NCBI RefSeq assembly: GCF_037042905.1
Contig: NC_087255.1
Coordinates: forward strand, 21,824,001-21,888,000
From: Lytechinus pictus
Lineage: Eukaryota
Direction: 5' to 3'
DNA: 64,000 nucleotides
Position numbers and translations under genes: made by a program. Below, piece after piece: positions 25,701 through 40,700 of this stretch. The notes beneath the pieces are model-generated. The model had not been told where the DNA came from. It saw only the letters and a list, made by a program, of their open reading frames with translations, and searched no databases. The number at the start of each line of letters is the position of its first letter. Position 1 is the first letter of the stretch.

Positions 25701-28700
25701 GACACATACATGGGATAATTGCATTGAATGTAGCACTACTTACTACCTGTGTATGTTAATATGAAGCCATAATGTGTATTGTGGTATAACATATTTCTGG
25801 ATTCAATCGTATTCACTAAACAATATGTGACTCAATCAATCTCAACAATGGCAAGCCAGTAAAATCATAATTTGTAATATAGATCATGCATGAGTGTAGA
25901 GCTACAAAAAGATGACAAATTCGTTGCCAATTTGACCAATATTTTATTATTCAAGTATTGTGTAATTATGGAAATTATCATCATGTTTGTATTGATGTAC
26001 TCGTCTTATAAAACATCCTGCAATTCAGCCTTTAGCTGTAAATGTATTCTTCAATAAACCATTACCAAAACTATACATTGCATTGGAGAGAACAACATTA
26101 ACAAGCATGTTAGGATCATTACAATAATGGAGACACATACATGCGATACAAGGAAATGTATGTAAATATGAAACCATTTTGTTTCTGTTGATGGAACAAT
26201 ATCACCCTTGGACCTTTGGATGATTGAATCAGCCCCAACTATGGAAAGCTACAGTGTAGTGACACCATTATACAGAATCTAGAACATGCATGTATGAGTG
26301 CAGAGTTCCCAGAGTTGATATATACTTTGCCACAAGTCATAAATTTGACAACTTTTGTGGTTTCCATAGTTGACAATGTTTAGAATTAAACCGATGGCTA
26401 CTGCAACCAGGTGTCTCCTGATTTGGCCCCCTTAGTCCTTACTCTTTGAATTACAAGAATGAACAAATTTACAATGACAATGTTACCTGGATTGTCTATG
26501 CTACTATACTCCAGTGAAAATCCTGTAGATGAGAAGGATTCGTCAGATTTGAACTGCAGCCACATTCTATAGCTTGCACTCTGCACAGGGGCCGGTAGAG
26601 TGTCTCCGGTTAGTATGACGATTACTTCCTCATTGATCGTCTTGCCAGTACCGAGCACTAAGAAATCATGGCTGTTTTATTGTGGAGGGAAAAAAATTGT
26701 ATGCAAAAACTGAGTGGAAAATAGAATAGGCATCAGCAACTTAAAATATGCAAGATATGGCTTGCATTATTTCTCAAATGAAATTCATTTCAGACACAAA
26801 TTCAGTGCAGAACATTATACATGTAACTAATCTGTGAAAAGAGATCTGACTTCATTTTTTTAAATTTCAAAATCTAAATATCAGATATTCAATATTTATT
26901 ATCATCCACAAAATAAAAATAAATCAACAATGGCATAAAGTCATGTTCTGGCTATTGGTATACAAAATATACAATACATAATCAATATATAAATATGACA
27001 ATTGTTCAAGGATCTATTTCTTTATACACATCAATTACTAAAAGCCTTGAACTTTAAAAGACAAGGTGTCGTTTTTGATCACCAGTGTGCTCTTTTGTTT
27101 ACAAATGGATAAGATTTTGAATAATGACACTGATGGCTTTCCATAGATCATGAGATTAAGCCATGAACTTACTTTTCTTCCAGAGAGAATGCATTGAACT
27201 CAACCCTGACAAGATTATTCATACTGGGTAGTCTGATGAACCAGGTACACTCTTGGTTGTCAGGGTACGGTTGAGGATAGTTGGGGGACATCACCGACCC
27301 TGAACCTTCAAGCAATTCCTGGCTCCCACAGGAAGCTACAAGTACAACAAAAATAGTGTTCATTATGAGTTAACCATTGCACATTCATTTCAGTTGCCTT
27401 GTACTAGACCAATTTACCCATGGTTAAATGGAAACTCAAGTTGGTTGGTGGTGATTTTTTACCTGATTGCTAAGAAAGCATGAATGCTTGTAAGCAAGCA
27501 ACCAGAGGACCGACGGCTTAAGGTCCTCTCCGAAGGACCTGTTACTGAGGACTAATGCCTTACCAAAGGGCACTAGCGCACCAAGTGGGAATTGAACCCG
27601 GGTCACCGGAATACGAATCCCCCGCTCTCCCGACTGAGCTATCGCACATGCTCAAGTTGTGGGAGCAGTGATCTTTCAGATGCTTCTCATCTTATTTTTA
27701 ATAAAATGAATAAAATTGTCCACTCCAACGGATTGCGCTTTAGATGTCCTCACATGAAATTTGAAACAAAATGCTGCAGAAATTATCTGGCCGAACATCT
27801 GTTTGTAATCCCACAAACATATTTCTGCAATCTCAGCAAAATTAAGTTTTTGATAAATAAGGGATTCCAAACTTTAAAAGCATGCAAGTACACTAAATCA
27901 TAGGTGCATCACAATAAAATATACCAGACATCTCCAGTGACTCACATAGATACTGTTCTTATCATTACAGGCTTATTTTCTTTTCATGTTGGTTATCAAC
28001 AACTTTTGAATCTAAGACAATTCGAGTAATATATCTGGTTCTGATTTGCTTCAAAGCACTGTTATGATGGCAAAAGGTATTGCAGTGTGACCTGAAAGCT
28101 CTTATCAAATGGGGTATGAGCCCTTAGCTGATCATAAGTTGAAGTTGTTTTCAAAAATGAAATAATGGACCTGCTTTAATGATAAAGGCGATATCTTCTT
28201 GCTATACATTGTTAATGAGGTAAATAAAGAGCAAAATAGAATACATGTGGTTCATAAAATAAAGAAAGAGTACAATACCTTGATCATCAAAAGATTCCCA
28301 ATAGAGGGTGAAACCCTTATTAGCTACGGTCTCATCTGCTTTGAAGCGTACCCAGAAATTATAGGTTGGTGACGATATTTCTTCATCGGATTTAAAATCC
28401 CCAGTGTAGGTAGCAATAACCGAAGAGTCAGGGTTTCCGTAACCAACGGTCAGCGTGTCATAACCACTCTCGAGGACGCCTTCAATGGAGTTCATTCGGA
28501 CACGACCAGTCTTTGGGCCAATCAGGGTCCACGTCATGTCCTGGTTTTTTAGAAGGAAGATTGGTTGGTTAAATTTTTGTCCTGTGTGTTATATAACCTG
28601 AGGATCCTGAGTTATGTTCAAAGGTAGTGTAGTCAACCATAAGATGAAAGTGATTTATTTTGAAAATCAAATGAAAACAATTTTCTCATGGGCAATATGA

Positions 28701-31700
28701 ATATGGGCAATGAATCTAAGAGTGTTAAAAGTTTACAGTGAATGATAAGGGCGCTTTTACGATCAATACAATTGAAAGGCACTACTTCTTATTGCTCTAT
28801 GAGGGGTTTCAACTACAGTCAACAGAAGCTAGCAGTTGTGTTGGTAGTTGACCACAGTAGGGAAGAGTTGGATTTTTATCTGACTGTTAAGAAAGCAAGA
28901 GTAAGAAAAGAGGAAGAAACCAGAGGACTGACGGTTCTTCATCATCTCCAAGGGATGTGGTATTTAGGATCAATACCTATAAGAAGACATTTTATGTGTC
29001 CATCGAGCACAGACACCCCTGCTTATTGAGCTGAAATATGTTTAAGTCATTGCAAATTCAGTTCCTGTGAACTCTTACATTTTCCTTGAATACATTGTGA
29101 AATGCTGCATGCCCTAAAATTAGCGGTTAAATTAAAAGCTTGGATCCCTTACCACAAAGTTTGGATGGTTATCTGGCCACCCTGGTGACGTCAATGTACC
29201 TTCTTCTGTTATCTCATCATATTCTCTTGTTGGTTCTCCAGGACCTTAAGACACAATGCCAAAGACATATATGGATTTTCATTTCAATGACAGTCTAATA
29301 ATAATCATGCGCATAAAGCCCTAACAGAATCACTCAGTCCTGCACACAGTGTATGCCCTATTCCACTCCCTAGGGAGTGTTCCAGCCAGTCACCAATGAG
29401 GCATACACAATGCTGGAAAAGCTACAACGACTTTCACGTCACACTGGGTACTCATTTAACACCTGGGTGGAAAGTGGCAAAGTGTGGATTAATGCCATAT
29501 GATACAAGATTTTGGGTGAAAATTGATATCTGATGGTTTATACAGGTGAGTAATTGGAGAGTGCATAATTAAAGTTTGATCTGACAATCTCCAAAGATGA
29601 AGTCACAATTGCCCTTTAAGGTAATTAAAATACACACATGTAGGTAATAGCTGTTGCACCCTGGGTAAGGAACCAATTTTGTACTTTGGGTAATTAGCTG
29701 GCGAGTGTTTCATATTGCTATTCGGAAGTTTGCAAACGACTGGTTATCCTTTCTTAGGAGATATATCAACACCACTTAAAATCTTGTGTGTATCATTTAC
29801 CGCAAGAAAGGATCACCAGTCTTTGTAAAGTTGCTCATAACTTACGAACAGCTTTATGAAACACCCACCTGGTGCTTTTCAAAGGGGCTGCGGTATACTG
29901 ATTTTCAACATCATTGTAATTGATGATGACTAGTCCTAACTGGAAGCTGGGGAGCATTTCATGAGACAAGCATTCAGTGATTTTCACCAACTATTGCTAT
30001 GAGCTATACCAAATCACTGCATCTGATTGGCTTAGAGCAAATAAGTCAGTGAAAATCACAGACTAACTGCTTCATGAAATTCTCCAGATAAAACTAAGGT
30101 AAATTGTTAATTCATCTATTATCAACTCGTCCACTAGTCACATTTTATTATTAATGCCATTACGTCCATCAACATTTCGTCTAATAACCATTTGGTCCAA
30201 TAACCATTTGGTCCAATCATCACTTTGTCTAATCACCAGTTGGTCTAATATCCATTTTATTTTTATTCATTTTGCCTAATTAACATTTAATCCAATTAGA
30301 CCAAGTGGAATATGGATTAAATGGCTATTGGACCGACTGGTTATTAGAAGAAATGCTGAGGGGACGAAATGGCAATTAGACCAAGTGGATAGTAGACGAA
30401 CTGATAGTTGACCAAATGATAGTAGACGAGTTGGTAATTGGACGAGTTGGCATTAGGCCAATTGGAAATAAACGATCTCTATGACCTCACCTTGAGTGAC
30501 CATTGTAACATTCATCAAGAACCCTGCGTAATCAAGGGTTGCTTCTGAAGTCTTGAAGGATATCCACATGTGTTGACCAGGACTGAGGATCTTGTCAGGG
30601 ATGGGTGTGGTTCCAGCGTTGTCCCTGGACCCTGACAGAACATAGAGGGTGCTCTCTGAAGAGAAGTCAACACCGCTACCGATCACCACAAAGTCAACTC
30701 CAGCGCGGGTGTCAAAATTCAGGATCTAGACATCACAAATAATAACAAGATAAGAAGAGTCAACAAATATTTATTAATACCCTAAATTCTTTCAGACCAG
30801 TTTCATGTTGTTCATCTAGCAACAAATATTCCTTGACACTCTAAAAACATGTTATTTTGAAGAATGAATGTCAATGTATGGAGAAAATACTTTATGGAAT
30901 AATGCCCACATATAAAAATGTATGCATTAATCTAATACATGGTTGAAACCTCAACATTTATCTCTTTACTTGTCTCTTTCCTCCTCTCTCTCTCTGTATT
31001 TCTGTCTCTATATACATTGTATTTCTCTCCCTCCCTCCCTCTCTGTCTCTCCATCCTAACACATCTTCATCTTAAAAATCAATCTAGCTAACAACTGAAA
31101 TACACTTGAATACATGCACTTTTCCACATAAGCACTACATTAAACAATCAAGGGCCTTGTTACAATAATAACATAATCAATTCTACAATTGGACATTGCT
31201 GTAAATCTATGGCAAGCCATGAACAAAATGTAGCAAGTATTGATTTCAACTGTTTATGTAACATGGTTATTATTATCGATTATTATGATTCCCTATTAGT
31301 ATTAATATTGAAACAATTCTTTAAATTGAGGCCTATTCCTGTTTTAACATGATTTCATATCGATGTACAAAACCTCTTTCTTTTTCCTTCACTCCTTTAT
31401 CTTACTATGATATAAATCTTATTATTTGTTCTTTTTTCTTTCTGATGTTTCACTTTTAGCATTATTTGTATTTCAGTTTTGCTGTATATAATTACACGTA
31501 TTCCTAATTATTTGTAATCTTCCCTTTTAATATGTGTATTTCTCTCTTTATGCAGGACCATGGCTATGTGAAACAGCCTGCGCGCTGATTAATGTTTTAT
31601 CCTGTTGAAAGATGGTTTTATTAATAAATAAATAATAAAGGGAGGATGATTTACCTGTAATAATACAAACTGGTTGACGGGAGCACTGATGAGCCATTCA

Positions 31701-34700
31701 CACGTTTCGGGTCCATAATATCCATTAGGATAGTCAGCACTCATAATCATCCCATCCCCGTCAACTATGATACGTCCACACTCTGAAGAATAATATAAGA
31801 TAATAAATGATAATTAGATTTGTTTAGTAAATGAAGAGGCTTTAATAGGAGGAAATTATAATTTGTTTACAAATTTTCGGCATTACTCCTATTTTGTTTA
31901 AGATCAGTAAGCTCAATCTGTAATGAAAATCATAAGTCAGAAAAAATTGGAACCAGTGGGATTCGAACCTGTCATCTACTGCTTTCCGGGCAGCGATATA
32001 TTTGTTTGTTTATATTGCTTTACACCTACCTTATCAGAAGTCTCTAAGCCCTCTACAGTAATGCAGCATAATTACCCTGGCTTTAGCAGAGCAGCTGTTA
32101 CAAGCGCTGCGTTTAAGGAATAAATTCCTATCAGGTACCCATTCACCTCACCTGGGTTGCGTGCAGCACAATGTGGGTAACTTTCTTGCTGATGGAAAAC
32201 ACGCCATGGCTTGGAATCGCACCCCCGTCCTTCAGATTGAAAGACGAGAGTCATAACCACTAGACCACAATGCCCCCACAAAGAATATGCATCATTGTTT
32301 TTAAAAGTTTGAGACCAACTTTCACAAGGGAATCACACAGTTCATGATGAAGGAGAGAGAAAACAGATTTTCCCACAGAACTTCCATGGCTAACAATCTC
32401 AATCAGTCAGGGATATAACATCTATTTTTTAATGATCCCATCATGCATATGTTGCATAATAAAGGAATGAATTCAAATACATTACATACATGTTTCAGGA
32501 CTGCAACAACAAATTTACCTGTTGGCTATGGGAACTGGGTGGTCTATATACAAAATCAATGAGAATTACGGAATACTGTAGACAACAGGGTAATACAGGC
32601 CAAAGACGGGATAGCATTTTTAATTCATTCTCATTTAATTTTTAGAAAATATAATATTCAATGGATTCAGAAGAACTTTATACCATGAAACCAAAATAAC
32701 TTAATTAATTCCAAGTCATTTTGATCTGGACCCATAACCTAATTTTAACATCATCATTAAAAAAAAATCACTGGTGAAAAATAAGTACAGTATCACCCCC
32801 AAGGGCATTTTTACCACATAGTTTTATGTGGATGTATTTACCTGAAAATGTGGTTGCATTAGCTGGTCCAATTCTTGGCAGTTCCAGTCGATCTGGGATC
32901 AAAGCAGCAACATGGAACTCATAGGTCATCGATGGAGATAGATTAGGCACAGTCAGAGATGATAAGTTACCACCGTAGACTACATGGAACTGTGTAACTG
33001 AAAGATATGTAATTAAGATGCAATATAGATCACACATGAAAGAGAGAAAAAGACACAATAGCTAGATAAATTTACATCGATTCTAAGATAAATGAAAGTA
33101 GTTGCAGTTAACACTGATATCATGAGAAAGTCTGTTAAACCAAGTTTAATTGTCACTCTATCATCCTACATCTACATGTAGGTGTGGCACATTTACATAT
33201 ACTGAACTTTGTAAAATAAAAAAAAATCTTAGCTAAAGGACATTCACACTGAAGATCGCCAACTCAGATATGCACATGTGGGGCATTAAATTTTCATTGC
33301 TTGGAAGAAGATCCAACGATTTGCCAGGATATTTCGCTAATTTCTCAGCAATTACACAATTTCTTCCAGATTGATTTGGCACATATTTTTACATACAGAC
33401 ACCTCCGTGGTCACTTTATTGGATTCTGTATGAACTCATGATGAAATCATCACCACAGCTCACATTTATCTTTGATTCATTTTATTTCATGAAATATGGA
33501 GAAAAAAAAACCAGTAACAGCAAAATTGAGCATCATACTAAATTTAATGCATGGCTTTCCATGAAGGTTATAATAAACTGACAAGGCTAGAGGGCCCAAA
33601 GTAAAGTGAAAAACATTATAAAACAAGTGGAACACCTCTGGCAGTCTCGCCTGCATTACGCAATTTAATATCGCAGCAGTGCTAACTTTGAAAACTACTA
33701 TAAAATAATCATTCACAAAAACATCATTCATATAATGACATAATACTACGTTCATTGACCATAAATGACATTTGAACAGAGACTTAAGACTGTCAACTAC
33801 ACCCATGTCCACATTTCATTCACTCTATCCATAAACTTTCAAAGTTATGATGGCACTTAAACAATTACCCCAACATGGCCTAAGTTTATTGACCTTAACT
33901 GACCTTTGACTTGGTTCTGTGACCTGAAACTCACAGGGGATGTTCAGTGATGCTTGATTACTCTTATATCCCAAGTTTTATGAACTAGATCCATAAACTT
34001 TCAGAGTTAGGATGGTAATTCAACAAATACCCCCAACACGGCCAAAGTTCATTGACCTTTAATGACCTTTGACCATGGTCATGTGACCTGAAACTCGTAC
34101 AGGATGTTCAGTCATACTTGATTACTCTTATGTCCAAGTTTTATGAACTAGATCCATAAACTTTCAGAATTAGGATGGTAATTTAACAAATACCCCCAAC
34201 ACGGCCAAAGTTCATTGACCTCAAATGACCATTGACCATAGTCATGTGACCTGAAACTCGTACAGGATGTTCAGTGATACTTGATTACTCTTATGTCCAA
34301 GTTTTATGAACTAGATCCATAAACTTTCAGAGTTAGGATGGTAATTCAACAAATACCCAACACGGCCAAAGTTCATTGACCCTAAATGACCTTTGACCTT
34401 AGTCACGTGACCTGAAACTCAAGCAGGATGTTCACTAATACTTGATTAACCTTATGCCCAAGTTTCATGAACTAGGTCCATATACTTTCTAAGTTATGAT
34501 GTCATTTCAAAAACTTAACCTTCGGTTAAGATTTTGAAAATAATTTTCCCAACATGGTCTAAGTTCATTGACCCTAAATGACCTTTGACCTTGGTCATGT
34601 GACCTGAAACTCAGGCAGGATGTTCAGTAATACTTGATTAACCTTATGTCCAAGTTTCATGAACTAGGTCCATATACTTTCTAAGTTATGATGTCATTTA

Positions 34701-37700
34701 AAAAACTTAACCTTAGGTTAAGATTTGATGTTGACGCCGCCGCCGCCGTCGGAAAAGCGGCGCCTATAGTCTCGCTCTGCTATGCAGGCGAGACAAAAAT
34801 GATAAAAAATAAAACACAAAGTTTCCTAGGCACACTCTGCTTCCAGATTCCTGGAATTTTCCTGAAAAAACAGAACCAAATAAATAATTCAATATCGTCC
34901 TGTTTTGGAAAAAGTTAGGCACACTGCAAAGACTGGGAAACATAAATGATAGTAATACATATTTAAAGCTCAAGTATTAAATTTGAAATGACAAATTGGT
35001 TTTTCTTTAATACAAAAACTCCTACATTCAACAAAACAAATTTATGAAAACCCTTAAAGACAAAACTAAAAGTTTCTCTGGAAAAAAAAAAAGTTAAACA
35101 AATAAAATGTATAGAAATCTACAAGACTATTGTGCAATAATTCTTACTATCCAATGGTTCTCCTTGCAGTCCATAGTAGATCTTATATCCATAGACATCA
35201 CATGTGATATTAGATAGAACCCAAGAAACATGTATCTCTGTGTTTGATAGAGGGGATGCCATCACATCACGGACATTCATATCGGCAGAGGTGAAGTCTG
35301 TAACATCAAGTAACAGGATATCCACATTGGTCTGTATTCTGGTTAAATCTAATCTCTGATCCAAATTTGTGGTTAAACCCTTATTAAACTGGGGGGGGGG
35401 GGGGGCGGTCAATTTGACCCCCCTAGACAAATTTTGTCACTACGCCGTTGCACTAATATTCTTTACTGCGCCGCTCACTGAATTTTCATTTTCACATCTT
35501 GCGCATCTTTTGAGACCAAATTTGCGACGCCCAGGTAAGTGGTTCCGAAATTAGGCAACATTTGTAAGTGCATGTCAGACCCAAATTTGCTTTAAAACAC
35601 GTGATTCCACGTACAAAGTCAATGCAAATTGTGTTTTACAAACCAAATATCATAATGTATGATTATTTTTACTTTTGTTGGTTTAAATGGAATTATTTTA
35701 TGCTATTCATGATCGCAAAAGGGTCCCCGACAAAGTTCATTGGAAAAAACACAGGTTAAAAAAACAATAAAATACATAAGAAATTAATTATATATTTGCA
35801 ATTTTTTATGGATATTTGTCCGAAATGTAAATATTGACACTCTCACCAAAAATTAGCATTCTTCTAGCTATATTAATTGAGTTAAAGGCAAAAACATACA
35901 CAAAAACCCAAATTTAGGGCAAATTTCAATACGCTTATTTGCATAAATTAATAAAAAAGTATAAACAATTAATTTTTTAAAGTCTTGTAGTTTACATCTG
36001 GCTCTACTCTACGCATGTGCAAATTTTTGTGGCCATCGCGCAATCAGCGGCCGAGATCTGAGGGGGGGGGGTCAAATTGACCCCCCCAGTATATCCTGGT
36101 CTGAAAAAGCCCAGTTAAGATAGGGTTAACTATGGAAAGCCAAATGTGACACTAATCTCCAGCAGTAGAGGTACATTTGGTGTCCAATTAATTCATTACT
36201 GTCTGGAAATGATAATGGAATACAAGGCTAGGAATGCTGATTTTTTTTTATCAAATCATAATGGAAATCCACACTGTTATGTATACATATTAACCTATCA
36301 AGATTTTAAGATACAGTGTATTTTAATTCAAAATTATGATCATGAACTATTGGATCATGCATGATTGCTTGACTGTTTCATAAATGACATGCAGGAAAAG
36401 GAATATTGTTCAACCAATTATGAAATATTTCTCATTGAAATATAATATTCTGATTATCAGATCAATATGGTGTCCTTCCATTTTTATTTTGGTGAAAAAG
36501 GATGATATCTGGGTCAAATAACATCCACTATCAACCTGGAGGTTTTACAATGTAAGGTTTCTGGAGAGATAAGAAAATTCTAAAGTAACAATGCAACTTT
36601 AAATTCTGGGTCCACCTGCACCCCCAAATCACCCCCAATCAGTTATATCTAGAGGAGAGACCTGCAGGTCATAGTGATTCAGTTTGCATTTCGCCTCCCA
36701 GGCACAGGTGAAGCCAAACAAATATTAACAATAACAATAATATTATTAATAAATAAACTTGCCTTTAGGTGTAATCTCACAGATATAATAGTTTGGTTTG
36801 TCGCAGATATCATCAATGACCTGTCCGCTAGTTGAACTGAGAGCACCGCAGTCATGGAGACCGTTTCTAGGGTAACCCGTCTCCCAGATGGTATTTTGCC
36901 AATCAGTAGGGGCATCACAGGTCACCCAGCGCCAGTCAGACTCAACCGAGAAATCAGAAAAACCTACCAGAAAAGGAAAAAATATATCTCATTTATCAAA
37001 GTAATATATTTACAACATTGAATATTAACTCGTTATTAGTGGTTTCAGTATGAGTATCATAATTTATGTATGATTGTTTATTTTCCTCTTTATCGGTTAC
37101 AGGAGCAAATCTTCCAGATATATTGACACTTGTGGATTTATACTCCCTCACATTTCTGACATGCATAGCAAAAAGGCACCAACATAAGAGAAACAATTTC
37201 CTTACAGATACACAAATACTTCTTTTAACACAATTTACATCTTATCTGTTAGTTGACATGTCCACATCTAATGTAGATTACTTTACAAAATATTTAAGAT
37301 TCTCTCACAGAATCTGATATGCCCAAGACACAGGCACCAATATAAGAGAGAGAAAAAAATATATATTTACAGATACACACATCCGTCTTTCAACAGAATT
37401 TACCTCTTATCTGTTAGTTGACATGTCCACATCTAATGTAGATTACTAAACAAAATATTTAAGATTCTCTCACAGAATCTGATATGCCCAAGACACAGGC
37501 ACCAATATAAGAGAGATAAAAAATATATATTTACAGATACACACATCCTTCTTTCAACAGAATTTACCTCTTATCTGTTAGTATGACATGTCCACATCTA
37601 ATGTAGATTACTAAACAAAATATTTAAGATTCTCTCACAGAATCTGATATGCCCAAGATATAGGCACCAATACAAGAGAGAGAAAAATATATTTACAGAT

Positions 37701-40700
37701 ACACACATCCGTCTTTCAACAGAATTTACCTCTTATCTGTTAGTTGACATGTCCACATCTAATGTAGATTACTAACAAAATATTTAAGATTCTCTCACAG
37801 AATCTAATATGCCCAAGATAGAGGCACCAATACAGGAGAAAAAAAGTATATTCCTCCATAGATATGCATCAGTAAGTGCAGGGTCAGGAGTCCATTTCAT
37901 AAAACTTGTTGCAATAACAAACTTGCAATAACAGTTAAAAGCTACTTAAATCCTTCTATCTGATTGGCTGATGGTAAATTTGTTACAGAAATTGTGCATT
38001 TGTTATTATAATAATACTTTATGAAACAGGACCCAATTGTTTAAGATTCACCCATTGGATACCGAACCTACATGTATATGTATGAACGCTGTAGTCTTTG
38101 GAAAAAGAGTGATGAAGCACATCTAGCCAGTCTCCAACTGGTCTAAATAATAAATCCTAGTACACTCACCTATCCACCAATCCTTGATGGGATAGAAATA
38201 CTCGGTGCGATTGACGATGAACTCAAACTCTGCCTGGTCATCGATGATCACCAAGTCTGAGTCTTCGACGACTGCACAACCACTCCTGCCGCTGGACCAG
38301 ATAGATCCATACTCGCTAGTGACGAACCGGTAACAACCGCCATTAGGACCAGATTCATAGTAAGCAGGACAAGGCCCTAGAAGGGGAGAAGGGAAGGAGG
38401 AAAAAATTGACTACTCTTTATTAGGGCTGAGTCAAAACGTTTTAATGCTGTTCAACGACCGTTAAATGAATAAAAGTTTAGCCATTTTGACAGCCATATA
38501 TTAGATCAAGGGAAAAAAAACCTCGCCCAAATTTGCTAAAATTTCATGTTTTACATACATGAAATGGCCAGATATTCTTAATATTTCCTTGAAATTCTAA
38601 GTTCTTGAGTCTAATTTACACTTAATTCTTTGTGAAACACCCCCCCCCCCCCCCCCGATGTAGCAACTTAATTCTTGCTCTTTCTTTTACTCTTGTTAAC
38701 ATGGGTATGAAATTATTTTTATTGATTCAAATTTGTTTATGCATTCTTTTCATCTGGGTTTAACCTTGAAGTTGGTGGCTTAGTGCTATCCACAATAATC
38801 ACTAGAGTAACACAAACAAAGTCATGTAGATATCAAAAATTTCAGTCAGTACTTAAAGTTTTCAATGACACTCAAGAATATGAATTTCTGTGACCCGTAC
38901 GGTACCTGTACCAAGAAAATTCAAATACAGCTTTGAGGGAAAATGATCACTGTAATAGAAGGAACACTGTGTCATCAATAATTTTTCAAAGCCAATTGTT
39001 ATGTTTTCCTTTCATTTGCCTTAATTAGATACAGTTACGAAATGTGTACCCATTGGCTTCAACACATGCAAAACTTCACTGCTCATTCCCCAACCTCCCA
39101 CTGCTTTGTTCAAGCAGAAACTGGAGGATTGAAAGGGAAAAGATGCAGACCTTTGCCAGAGGAACTTAACCCATTGCCTACTGCGACTACATGATCCCTG
39201 TACAAAGCCTATGGGAACTACAAGCTTCGGTAGACAAAGGGTTAGTTCTGTAGTCTTCAATAAAATGTGAAGATCACCTTCAGGTGTGGTGACGTAGACC
39301 GGTCCGACCTGAGGAAGCTCTGCATCAATCCTCTCACCAGCCACAGTGATGCTGTAACGGGTGCTTGGTTGTAACATGGTCAGGTCATAGCTGTCAACGC
39401 CTCCGCCATACACCAAAGCTAGATCGATTGAAACAAAACACTATAGAATATGTATAAGTTGGAATTAAAGTGGAATAGGAAAATAGGTGTTGACTTGAAT
39501 GGAAGACCAGCCAAATTCATTCGGTAAAAAATTACGAATTCAATCTACATTTTGTTTTTGTAAATAAAGATAGGAAAGATAAAATATATAACGATAGAAG
39601 TAATGATGGTGATGATGATGATAATATTGCTGTTGCTCCTCCTCCTCCTACTACTACTACGAATGCTGCTGCTACTACTACTATTACTACTCATTCCTTC
39701 TAATACCACTACTAATNNNNNNNNNNNNNNNNNNNNNNNNNNNNNNNNNNNNNNNNNNNNNNNNNNNNNNNNNNNNNNNNNNNNNNNNNNNNNNNNNNNN
39801 NNNNNNNNNNNNNNNNNNNNNNNNNNNNNNNNNNNNNNNNNNNNNNNNNNNNNNNNNNNNNNNNNNNNNNNNNNNNNNAAATCTATATCTTGAGTAGATA
39901 AGCAAACTAAATTTTTCATTATATCATTCAAAACAGAAAATATTTGGACAGAAAAAACGGCAGATATCAGAATTTTGAACCCAAGTGCACAACATCAAAT
40001 GAATATACAAAATGTTGAATAATGATGCTTTACATATTGTCACGATTCAGACAATGATAGATGAAAAATGAAAAGACATACCCCACTCTGGCTTTCCTCC
40101 AAGGAACGTATCGAGATAGTAGATGTTGTATAGGACGACATCACAATTGTATTCAGATACATTCCATGTGACTCGTACAGTGTCCCATGCAATGGCCGTG
40201 GCATTGACGTTGAACACATTCTCATCCCCTATATTGAAGTCTGGGTAAAAGCAGAAACAAGAAATGAAGAACTATCAAAGACATAGGCTTACATTACTGG
40301 TGGGTGTTTCATAAAGCTTTGGTAAGTTAAGAGCGACTTTAAGAACGACTGGTAATCCTTTCTAGTGGCAAATGGTGTATTTATTGGGGATGGTTTAGCG
40401 CGTAAGAAAGGTTCACCAGTCGTTCTTAAAGTCGCTCTTAACCTACGGACAGCTTTATGAAACGGCCCAGGTTTAATTTCAAAACATATTGAACTTTGAG
40501 TCATGTTGTATTTACTATTGTTCATATGAATGAAAAAAACAAAACACCTAGGACTCAAAGTAGCGGAAACACTTTCAAGATATCTGTAACTGAAAAATCA
40601 TCATTTAATAAATCTCCTGAGGAGATTAATATAATATGTGTTATATCAATTTTGACTGTAGCAAATCAGATTACACTCCCTTGTCTACAGAAGCAGAGTA

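Larger units (their letters stand above)
23899..26350. repeat. Diverged tandem repeat, ~300-bp unit x ~5, with two nested MITEs
   Basis: Recurring ttaggatcctt..tcaatggagacacatacatg..gtaatctagaacatgcat. Confidence 0.85.

Noticed and set aside
27585-27650. tRNA gene
   Set aside because: A and B boxes are present but there is no clean cloverleaf, and it continues into a body shared with 43545-43848, so it is a SINE head.
32519-32543. Candidate micro-exon (tatag|ACCACCC...AACAG|gtaaat) between FN3 unit 5 and CUB1
   Set aside because: Possible lengths of 25, 16 or 7 nt all shift the frame; the flanking exons already join in phase.
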